64,000 nucleotides of DNA from Amoebidium appalachense (lineage: Eukaryota > Protista > Ichthyosporea), in the NCBI GenBank assembly GCA_963693365.1, contig CAVNZM010000004.1, positions 1,361,449-1,425,448 of the forward strand, in the 5' to 3' direction. Below, in pieces: positions 53,352-64,000 of the stretch; position 1 is the first letter of the stretch, and every line of letters begins with the position of its first letter. The notes under the pieces were generated by a model that was given only the letters and a program-made list of their open reading frames with translations, was not told the origin of the DNA and made no database searches. The translations under genes and the position numbers were made by a program.

Positions 53352-55808
53352 CTATATCTTACGGGCACATGCACATGCAATGAAACGAGTTTGCTGTTGG
53401 GGCGGATTTCTGAAGGGGATATAAGGAGAGGAGGAATTTTGTTACATGTGAATTAGCAACGAGAGAGTCGGGAGTGCACAGGATGTTTACATATCTTCTG
53501 AGCCGAGGGTGGGGAGGAGAGGTGATGTGAAGGGAAGAGGGGGATGCTTCAGGGGAGGGGGGGGGGGGGGGGGGGGCTGCAATGGTCAATTTTTAGGAGA
53601 GCAAACTGTACGTGCATCCAGTGTATGTGCTCATGAGCTCGTTTGTGTGCGTGTGCCCGCATGTGTGTGGACACGTGTGTATGTGCCCGTGGATGTGTGT
53701 GCACGTGGCAATCGAAACCCGAAAAAAACAACCAAACACCACCCAAACATCTAAGGGTGTGATCATACCTCATTGCTCCTGACGTTTCCACACGAATCCT
53801 CACACCCACCAAACATGTACATCCTCCCCTGTGGCGCAATAGCTGCCGTGTGGAAACATTTGCCAGATGCCGTCCTCCTTCCCAGCTCGAGCCTCTGCCA
53901 CTGAAACTTTCGCAAATCCAAACACCAAAAGTCATCAAACATGTGAATTCCATCCGTTCCACCAAACATATACACCTTCCCGTCATAAATCACGCTGGAA
54001 TGTGACCGCCTAGCGACCGGGTACTCCCCCTGCCCCTTGGGACCGCTAGGTTCACATCTCCTCCAAGCCCAAGTGTTCGTCTCGAAATGGTAAACGTAGA
54101 CATCGATCGGCGCGCGGATGGTGTTTGGAACCCCGCCACCAAACACGTACATGCACTCGTTATCTGCGACCGCCTCGTGGCGGTAGCGTGGCGTTGGCCG
54201 GCCAAAGTGCACGTGTGTGGGTGGTTGGGAGAGGAGGGAGGCTAGAACTTCAGATTCCGACTCTGATTGTGGGAGGAAATTTAGCGGTCCGGAAGTATTC
54301 GCCGCGGCACCGAGACCGGATGCGGCGGGCGCGGGTGTCAGTTCGCTCGTCGATTCTCCCAAATCGGGAAGGAGCGTCCATATGTTTGTGCGGAGATCCA
54401 ATCGGTAAAAGTCGTTAAAATAGTGGCAGCCAGACGTACCCCCGAACAGATACAGGTGCTGCTTGTGGTATACGAGTGTGTGCCCGTACCGTGGGGTAGG
54501 GCAGTCTCCTGAGGAAAAGGGAAAATAATATTTGTCAGCTTTGCCACATACAATCCCTGACAATACCTACCCCCCCCCCCCCCCCCGCCCCCTCGTTCCT
54601 CACCATCCTAATTACCTTTTAGCCTTTCTGTTTCCTGTGCCACCCCCTCTCCGCGATATTTGGCTGGCCCCAGCCTGTTCCCTTTCACTTATATCCCCGT
54701 AGCCCAATACACTGACACACACACCAACAGTATACTATTTTAGCATACACCAAGGCCTGTGTACACATAAAATAAAGCGCAGAGAAATGCACACCAAAAA
54801 CGACACACGTACAGAAACCCAAGTGCACGGACGCGCACGTATACACACGGACCAGGTGACAAACACACGGACACACACGTACACACACACACACACACAA
54901 GCACAGGTACACACAGACACACGTACACACACACACACACATACACACACACACACAGTACTTACCGGTAGTATTTACGAGTGACCAGTGGAGCCTGGCG
55001 AGGTCACACACAAACAGCTCGTTGTTGTTTGCCTGCCCAAAAGGCACGTCGCTGCCCCCAAACACATACAAGAGGCCACCCACAATAAGTGCTGCGAGCA
55101 AAGACCGAACAAAAGTCAGCATTGTATCAGCATGCTCCGATGTTTGTCTCTTAGCTACCATGTGGAACTGCTTCTATGGAATCATGACGAAAAAGTAGCA
55201 CCCTGTGTTAGAGAAAGGCACGTTGGTGACAGAAAATCTACATAGCAAAGTACAATATATGATAGTACCAGATCTTGGGACCTTCATGCATTTGTACACA
55301 CAACACGGTGAGGAAAAGCTAGCACATATAAACAAATCCTACACACATGCTCACTTTGAGCATGTTAGTTCTATCAACACCCAAAACCCAGCTCCACCTC
55401 CCAAAAGATCCGCCTCCTGTGTTGTTTTGTAACGACAAACGTACCCGAGTGAGAGACCCTATTTGACGGTGTGCGTCCAGTGCAGTTGAGCTTTTCCCAT
55501 GCCTGTGTTGCCAGGTGCAAACGGTACAGGTCATTGAAGCAGCGCCCATCGTGGTATCCTCCAAACACGTACAGATACGTGCCTTCTTCGTCACACACAC
55601 TCACGTGTCCGCTGCGCGGAGACGGAAGCTCCCCATCACACCTAAGGGGCGGGAAAATGGGCCGTGCGTCGGCTAGTTGAAGGGGGAGTGTTGCTTGTTC
55701 TCCACCCGCGGCCCATGCGCGCTTTAGGGTGCGTGGGGTGGTGTGTGAGTTGGGACGCTTGCGGTATCTGCTTACTATGCGCAGGACCTTTGCCCACAGC
55801 TTGGCCAT
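53095..55808 (-). CDS. KLHDC10: Kelch domain-containing protein 10 homolog (CRL2 substrate receptor), 4 exons
   Basis: Exons 55808-55445, 55091-54966 (FGGSDVPFGQANNNELFVCDL), 54508-53769 (RYRHE, PVARRSHS, FHTAAIAPQGRMYMFGG), 53232-53095 (BC-box-like MPTLQDMCLRVI...GVP); all in phase. Confidence 0.88.
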
Positions 55809-57717
55809 GTTTTACTGCAAAGGGCGAGTTCGTATTTACTGGTTACACTTTCGAGTTTTTGGAAGCGGGGAAGGGATGGGGGGGAAGTGAAAGGACATAA
55901 AGAGAAATATATGCGTGTCTTTCCGACGTTTTTTTTGTGTGCTGGCTAACGCAAACTCCACGTAGTTTTACCTACTTATCAACGATAGTGGCGAGCACGA
56001 ATATCAGAATCTCGCTCCGACCTTGAACATGTGCCAAACGTGGTTTTTGGCCTTCACAAGCAGATTCAAAGTCTAAAGTGCTCGATTGAAACAAATGTAT
56101 TGAGACATCTCTTTATGAGCTATAGCTAGCGATTACACAGGTGCACAAGCGCTGGGAACTCGCGCAAACGTGAAATGGCTAAGTATACATGTGTGACAGA
56201 ACGCAAAGACACACAGTGAGTGCGGTGACAGGTGCGCGACAGCTATAAACACACCGCCCAAGACTCAGAAATGTGCAGAAAACATCAACGACATGCATTC
56301 TGCGTTCCAGTTAGTAAAAAAAGGTCTTCATCAATGTAATGATATTTAACCAATAAAAAGAAATGACGGTGACCATTATAACCATATATAGTTCTTAGTC
56401 GCCCAAACCATAGGCTTTACAATAAGAGTTGATTGGTCGAGATTAGGATTTTCTTACCATTCCTGAGCAGCCAATAAGCAAGCTAACCCGCCTTCAACTA
56501 AATTCTTCGCATTCCGGGCTGTGAGTTTGTGGGATAAAAAAACGATGTGCCAACTCTGTGTGTGTGCCTGTCTCAGTCCCCGCGCACCTAATACAGTTTT
56601 ACTGTAGTTTTAAGTCTGCACAATATCTGTATATGAAAACTCAACATAACACCAAGTTTCTACTCGCTGCTTTTCATAACCTTACAGATGCCGTACATGC
56701 ACTTTTGGGAGCTCGCCAGCTGCGGGCGTGTAACAGGATCCACTCCACCTGAGGCTGAAAGCCCCGGGAATTTTGAACCGTGACACTCACGAGCTAATTA
56801 CACCACGGACCGTGGTGTGAAGACAATGCTGCTTGTTGCTCTATAAATAGATAATAAAGTTGTTCGTATATTTATACATGTATTATACTTGCAATAGTTT
56901 CAGAGCCGTACATATATTCCTACTTTTTTTATTGTTTGATGTATATCAAGCCTAGGTCGTTGAAAGTTAGAAGGCAACTTCCATTTGCGCAACTTGATAG
57001 CACAGACTGAGTACTCAACCGCAGTCGTTAACCCGAAAGTTTCCGACATGTTCGCCGACGAACGTACTGCCAGGAGGGAGCAGCTTTTTGCAACAAAATT
57101 TTGCCTATGGCCATGGCCAGGTACTGGTGTCGACAGGACCTATCTAATACTACATTAAGGGGAATAGACCAAGTTGAACATCATATTTTTTTTCACCGGA
57201 GAAGGTCAGGGTAGGACTTGATCCCGTCTTCTTTCGAATTCAGGTGGTCTGTTTGGGACCTTGCCGCCACAGATATAGGTATATCCGTCACGGTCAATCG
57301 TTGCGGCATGACGACTGATCGCCTGAGTGGCGGACTCTGGGCATTATTTGTAACTCACGAAGTTACGCTGTACCAGCGACGCAAGTTGTATCACCGCTGG
57401 TAATTATTATTTTTTTTTTTATTTTCTTTTGAGGGGTGGTGGTGGTGGTGGTGGTGGGTGCACGTGGGGTGCCCGCGGGGGGGGGGGGGGGGGGGGGGGG
57501 GAGGGGGGGGGGACTCGGATCGGAGGGGGCCCGGGTACTGGTGGGGATTCGGAGGTGACGAACCAGTCGGAGTCATCCCCACGCGTACGTATACGGTTCA
57601 TTGAAAAGAGCTCTTTAGTTTTGCTTTGATTCATTGTCTAGAGAAGTCGGGGGACGTCGACAGAGCTAATTATACTTATGATTTTCAATACGGGGGGAAG
57701 GGGGGGAGGGTGTGTAT

Positions 57718-57772
<55 letters not shown>

Positions 57773-57993
57773 AGATAGAGAGAGTGGGGGGGGAACTCCT
57801 TGTGTGAAGGTTCCATTCTTTATTTAAGAAAGCAAGAGACAACGCATTTAAAATCTACAGGCTATACGTGAGTGGCATGGGGTCAGCCCACGGTGGGTTC
57901 CCAAGGGGGAAGAGGGGGGAGGGAAGTGGGGGGGGGAGGGGAGAGGGGGGAGGGAGGGGGGCTAGGGAAGGGGGGAGGTGGGGATTGGGGAAT

Positions 57994-58037
<44 letters not shown>

Positions 58038-58080
58038 GGGGGGGGGGGGGGGGGGGGATGTTGAGGAGGCTTCAGCTTAC

Positions 58081-58136
58081 CTTAGCGCGGCTTGGGCATA
58101 TGCCACAGCGCTGGCAAGAAGCAGCAATTGTTTCAT
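58081..58136 (-). CDS. Possible first exon of a secreted protein (signal peptide MKQLLLLASAVAYAQAALR); downstream exons unresolved
   Basis: AACATG start, signal-peptide-like sequence and strong AG|GTAAGC donor; no convincing in-frame continuation found. Confidence 0.35.
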
Positions 58137-58777
58137 GTTGGTGGTTTTTAGTTCAACCGCAGCTAGGTGAAAGGTGGGCAGATTTTGGAGACAACTCGTT
58201 TCGCTTCCAAACGAGAGACGGGTGTGTTTTGGTGTTAGCAACCGGCTAAATGTGACTGCTTTTTTGCCCTCACTCAAAAAATATTGACTAAATAATACAT
58301 GATCTGTAACGAATGAAAATGATGAAATTTCGGAAGTTTGCTCCCAAGTCCCAAGTCACAAGAGTCAAATGGCACAGTGTGACCCGTTGGGAACAGCACA
58401 CCAGAGTGGTGATAGCAAGTAAGTAAAAAAACAAAATAGGATAATGCTGGGATAAAACAACAGTTATACATGTAGTTGAAAATGAAATTTTTTTTAAATC
58501 CTTCATAACAAGGCCTTGTAAATTGAATGTACAGTGCTTGAAAACTTGCCTCGGGGACCGGTTGAAAAACCGGCGAATCATCCTGTGGCCAGAAGAGCCA
58601 TTGCTGCCGTTTTCTACAGCCAATCAGAGCCTACTGAGGCAAATATTGCCTTTTCAGGCAAAAAGAAAATGCTGAGTTCATTTCAGCTGTTTTCAAACAA
58701 GAAATTTAATTCGCTTTCTCATAAATCGGCCGCCCAGGGTCGGGAGAGCCCTAAAATTTAAAGAAAGAGAGCGACGT

Positions 58778-58867
<90 letters not shown>

Positions 58868-58900
58868 TGTGTGTGTGAAAGAGACAGAGTGCTCTAAGGT

Positions 58901-59024
58901 TGGGCGAGAGAGAGAGAGAGAGATTTAGATCTCTTCTTTGGCATGGCTCTATCGGAGACAGAGGGGAGAGAGAGAGGGAGATCAGAGAGAGAGAGACAGA
59001 GGGGAGAGAGAGAGAGAGACAACG

Positions 59025-59108
<84 letters not shown>

Positions 59109-59698
59109 TGGAGAGAGCCTCAGAGAGAGAGACAGACAGACGGAGAGGGGGAGGGGGGAAGAGAAGGGCAGAGAGAGGGAGAAAGGGGTGGGAAGGGGGT
59201 GAGAAGAGAAAAGTGGGGTGGAGGGGGGAAGGGAAGGGGGGGGGGGGGGGGGGGGGGGGGGGAGGGGGGGTAGAGAAAGAGAAAAGGAAACGAAAAGGGG
59301 AGTATATAGTTTTGGTAGTTATTTAGGAATTTGGGGATATAGAGGGGAGGACACGAAGGGTTGAGGGGAACAGAGGGAGAGAGATAGCAAATGAGAGTGA
59401 GGAAGAGGGAAGAGTGGTGAGGGCTTCTTCTTTTTTTTTTTTTTTTAACTGGGGGGGAGGGGGGGGCATGATCCAATCATCGATCGCCATAAATCGCTGG
59501 TGGGCGAGAGAGAGAGAGAGAGATTTAGATCTCTTCTTTGGCATGGCTCTATCGGAGACAGGGGGGAGAGAGAGAGGGAGATCAGAGAGAGAGAGACAGA
59601 GGGGAGAGAGAGAGAGAGACTACGGGCAGAGAGAGAGAGAGGGGGGGGGGGGGGGGGGGGGGGGGAAGAGGGAGAGAGAGAGAGAGAGAGAGACTACG

Positions 59699-59768
<70 letters not shown>

Positions 59769-59788
59769 GGGGGGGGGGGGGGGGGGGG

Positions 59789-59824
<36 letters not shown>

Positions 59825-60346
59825 TGGAGAGAGCCTCAGAGAGAGAGACAGACAGACGGAGAGGGGGAGGGGGGAAGAGAAGGGCAGAGAGAGGGAGAAA
59901 GGGGTGGGAAGGGGGTGAGAAGAGAAAAGTGGGGTGGAGGGGGGAAGGGAAGGGAGGGGGGGGGGGGGGGGGGAGGGGGGTAGAGAAAGAGAAAAGGAAA
60001 CGAAAAGGGGAGTATATAGTTTTGGTAGTTATTTAGGAATTTGGGGATATAGAGGGGAGGACACGAAGGGTTGAGGGGAACGGAGGGAGAGAGATAGCAA
60101 ATGAGAGTGAGGGAGAGGGAAGAGTGGTGAGGGCTTCTTCTTTTTTTTTTTTTTTGTTAACTGGGGGGGGGGGGGGGGGGAGGGGGTGCATGATCCAATC
60201 ATCGATCGCCATAAATCGCTGGTGGGCGAGAGAGAGAGAGAGAGATTTAGATCTCTTCTTTGGCATGGCTCTATCGGAGACAGAGGGGAGAGAGAGAGGG
60301 AGATCAGAGAGAGGGAGACAGAGGGGAGAGAGAGAGAGAGACAACG

Positions 60347-60396
<50 letters not shown>

Positions 60397-60485
60397 GAGA
60401 GGGAGAGAGAGAGAGAGAGAGGGGGGGGGGGGGGGAAGAGAGAGAGAGAGAGAATTTTCATCACCGAATCATCGATCGCCATAAT
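58901..60485. repeat. Tandem duplication of a ~600-720-bp unit (2 full copies plus 1 partial) rich in (GA)n and G-runs
   Basis: TGGGCGAGAG...ATTTAGATCTCTTCTTTGGCATGGCTCTATCGGAGACAG begins at 58901, 59501 and 60223; unique spacers are nearly identical. Confidence 0.9.
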
Positions 60486-61163
60486 AACGGCCTCTCGATA
60501 TTCGAAGAACCCGCCAATATTTTTTTCCACCAAGATCATGGCATTGGCTAGCAAAATGACTCAGCAAACTGTCAAACCGAACTCCGTCCTCCAATGCGCA
60601 AAGCCGCACAAGAAAATACCATATATAGGGGGAAAAAACTTCCAAATTCGTGCAACAAAAAAAACATTGTGCAGGCGTTTGGTACCTTTACAGAAAACAG
60701 GGCCTTCAGGCTCAGCTAACGCTTCGCCTGGGCGGCCGATACCATGGCTATGCTAACAATATTTACCCCCCCCCCCCCCCCCCCCCCCCCCATCCCCGTG
60801 CGTCCTCACTACAGCCTCCACTATACGTATGCACCTTAGGAGGGATTTTTGTGAAAGTCTCTGCCCCACCGAATCTGCTGAATTACATTTGGGATATATA
60901 ATTGGTTCATTTTGGTCAACTTCGAACTAGCACGCACCTTTTATGCGCTCACACAGCCACCTTACACGTTAACATCTCATCTTTTTATAATAACTGCCTA
61001 TGCATACATACTGTACAACTTGAGGGTCTAGAGGGACATGTAGTCATGTGAAATTTGTGCATATATTGCTATGCCTCCCCCCTTCCCCCCCCCTCCCCCC
61101 TCCCCCCCCCCCCCCCCCCTCCCTACTCTTCCACAACCAAAAAAACCCCCAGGGAATTTCATC

Positions 61164-62261
61164 CTACGGCAATATGACGGGTGGGGTAGACTCCATCGGC
61201 ACAAAGGTGAAGTCGTAGAGGTCGGGCATGCCACGGTGGGGGGCTTTTGCAAAGGCAGGGTTCTTCCACCTGTGGAGGCACGGAAATGAGTGGGTAAAAA
61301 AAAAGGTTAAAATTTCCACAGCTGAGAAGCTGCGGTCATGTTTAATCAATTATGTAAACGATCCGTAACAATCGATTCCATCCTCACAAGTTTTTTCCCC
61401 TTCTGTTCTACTCGTTTTATTTGTTGTTTGGTTTGCTTGTCTTTTGATTGCTGCCGCTATTGCAGCCGGACACGGTGGTGGGTGGGTGGGTGGGTGGGTG
61501 GGGGGGGGGGGAGGGGGGGAGGGGGGGGGGGGGGGGGGGGGGTTCAAGGGTTCAAGGGTGAGGACATTGGGTATCGAAAGGATGGTACCAAAACGGCAGT
61601 AAAGAGAAGAAGGGGGTGTGGACGGGTGGTGGTGGAGGAGGGGGGGGGGGGGGGGAGGGGAGGAGGAGTTGAATGTGTCACAGACTACGAAATACACATT
61701 CACAACGGACAACACAAGGCAGAGCACAAACCACACATCAAAAACATTCATAACCAGCAGCGCCCATAATCAGGAGGGGGCCACGTCATCCACGGGGTAG
61801 GGGGTGGTGGGTTTGCTTTCCCTTCTTGCTTTTATCCTTCTACCTTTTCTTTCTTTCTTTCTTTCTTTTTCTCTCTCTTTCTGTTTGTCAGTGTGTGAGT
61901 GTTAGCGAGTGAGTGAGTAGTGAGTGAATGCTGTGTGTGCGTGTGTTGTGTGTGTGTGTGGAAGGAGGGGGAAGGGGGGGGGAGGGGGGGGGGGGAAGGG
62001 GGGATGATGCTTCAAGCAAAGCACGACGTTTGGGGCCTAACGTGGGAAAAGTTTTGAGTTGGTGAATTCAAAAGTATTTCTTTTGAAACATCTGGGAAGA
62101 AAAGGATGGGGTCAGCTCCTCTGTTTGACTGAGCGTATGTGTGTGTGTGCTCGTGTATGTGTGTATTATGGGCCCGTGAGGGGAAGGGGGAGGGGCATGC
62201 TAGAACGGGGGGATAGAGCCATCATCCGTGTGTGCGTGTGCGTGTGCGTGTGCATGCGTGC

Positions 62262-62302
<41 letters not shown>

Positions 62303-62418
62303 CGCGCGCGCGCGCGCGTGCGTGCATGTGCTAGTGTGGGTGCATGCGTGCACAAGTGTGTCTTTGGTGATGGTGGTGATATTGGCGGGGGTGTTCGGGG
62401 GCGTTTGTGTGTGTGTGT

Positions 62419-62449
<31 letters not shown>

Positions 62450-62944
62450 TGAATGCGGAACACGGTACGAAGTACGCATACACGAAGGACACATGCAAAG
62501 GCAAACATTCAAGTATGCAACATAGCCATGCGCACAGTATGCGTCATAAGCAGAGCCCATCCTCAGGGAGGGCCCAAGTCATCAATTGCGTCTGAGTTTC
62601 GACCCCTTAGCCCGCGTATATACGACTCTCCAACTCAGACAGCAGCATCAACTGAACTTGGGAGGGTCAACCCGTCTTGATCAAAGACGAGCAGGGTTGC
62701 TTATGCAAGCAAGGTGAGCAAAACGGTGAATATGTGGGGGGGGGGGTGCATACGAGAACGGAGGGATAGAGCCATCATCACCGGTGGTAGGGCCGTTCAC
62801 GGCAATTGCGGCCAGTCTTGTGAACATGTCGTAGTTTGTGATCTTACTGTCGTAACAGCCAACAGCTATAGGCATGCCTGTGGAGAGGTCATAGCGACTA
62901 CAGATACTGGCTGATGGGTCACCCTTGGATAGAGAGTCCGTCTG

Positions 62945-62999
<55 letters not shown>

Positions 63000-63758
63000 G
63001 TTTATGTGTATGTGTACGTGTAGGTGTACGTAATTGGTGTCGGTGTGTGTGTGTGTGCTGGGGGTATCGGGGTATTGGGGGATGTGGGGCCGGGGGGGGG
63101 GGGGGGGGGGGGGGGGAGGGAGGGGGGGGATGGAGGGGTTAGGAGGAGATGAAAAGGAGAGGTGACAGCATCGGGGTATGTGCCAGGGGGGGAAGCGGGG
63201 TTGGGGGGGGGGGGGGGGAGGGGGGGGGGGGGGGGGAGGGGAGGGGGGTTGGAGGGGATAGGCAATTATGGAGGGTGTAAGTGAAGGCAAATCGTTCTCG
63301 AAGATGCTCAAAAGAAACTCAGAGATGGAGGTATTCCCCCCCCCTTCCTCCCCGGGCCCCACCACCACCATCACCAACCCCCCTCCCCCCTCCCCGCCCC
63401 CCCCCCCAACACACACACACACATGCCCACCTTGTATCTGTTGTAGCGCATAATCCTCTGCATATCTTCTATCGTCTCCACCTTCTCTGCATCCCGTCTG
63501 AAGATGGTGGCACGGGGGGCCATCTGGTAGCTGAATCCAACACCGTGCCTGCAATGTGGGCACAGTCAGTGATAGGTGGAATGTCACGTGATGCGTAGCT
63601 AATTATAGGGATCAAGATGGGGGGGGGGGGGGGGAGGGGGAGGGGGGGGGGGGGGTGTTTGTGTGGGGGGGGCTATTGATCAGATGTGTTACGGAGTACG
63701 AAGCACACATTTTTCACCGACAAGGCAGATGGGGGGTGTGTATGTGTCTTTTTTTTGT

Positions 63759-63807
<49 letters not shown>

Positions 63808-63889
63808 GTCACTTTTCAACGATGGCCGGGTAGCCACTCTTGTGGTAGATCTTCTCAAAGAATGGCACGTTGTAGGACGGCCAGTGGCC
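61164..63889 (-). CDS. PLBD1: Phospholipase B-like protein (PLBD1-like), last 4 exons; gene continues beyond the window
   Basis: Exons 63889-63813 (GHWPSYNVPFFEKIY..SGYP), 63548-63431 (APRATIFRRD, IMRYNRYK), 62941-62754 (ICSRYDL, GCYDSK, NGPT, PPFS), 61269-61164 (PHRGMPDLYDF); all in phase. Confidence 0.9.
61667..61793 (-). mobile_element. Diverged PLE-family terminal repeat fragment in a PLBD intron
   Basis: TTGAATGTGTCA...CACATTCACAACGGACAAC...GCAGCGCCCATAATCAGGAGGGGGCCACGTCATCCAC next to a G-run. Confidence 0.6.
62448..62735 (-). mobile_element. Non-autonomous PLE derivative (subfamily B) in the last PLBD intron
   Basis: Near-identical to the corresponding part of 34033-34413; structured core at 62545-62705; flanked by (GT)n-G-run on the left and a G-run on the right. 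Confidence 0.85.
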
Positions 63890-63906
63890 CTGTGTGTGTG
63901 TGTGGT

Positions 63907-63981
<75 letters not shown>

Positions 63982-64000
63982 ATTTGTGGGAGAGAGGGGG

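Overview
This is eukaryotic, intron-rich genomic DNA saturated with poly-G/C, (CA)n and (GA)n tracts. Gene content and style suggest a unicellular opisthokont, possibly a holozoan such as an ichthyosporean (inference only). Most entries in the ORF track are microsatellite artefacts. Genes reconstructed exon by exon: INTS13/asunder (-), an SBK-like Ser/Thr kinase (-), ribokinase (+), GMPPB (-, 8 exons), a PIF/Harbinger transposase inside TIRs (+), the C-terminal half of an MFS sugar porter (-), KLHDC10 (-) and the 3' end of a phospholipase B-like gene (-). The main feature is an intact Penelope-like retroelement with an N-terminal GIY-YIG endonuclease (Chlamys-type architecture) in GMPPB intron 2. 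It is accompanied by a 5'-truncated copy, short non-autonomous derivatives and many decayed relatives, all on the minus strand and nearly all ending at C-runs. I found no hammerhead ribozyme in its terminal repeat. Instead the repeat holds a ~160-nt pseudoknotted RNA structure with compensatory base changes between two subfamilies, which I cannot assign to a known RNA class. Further structured modules lie in the 5' leader and the 3' UTR.
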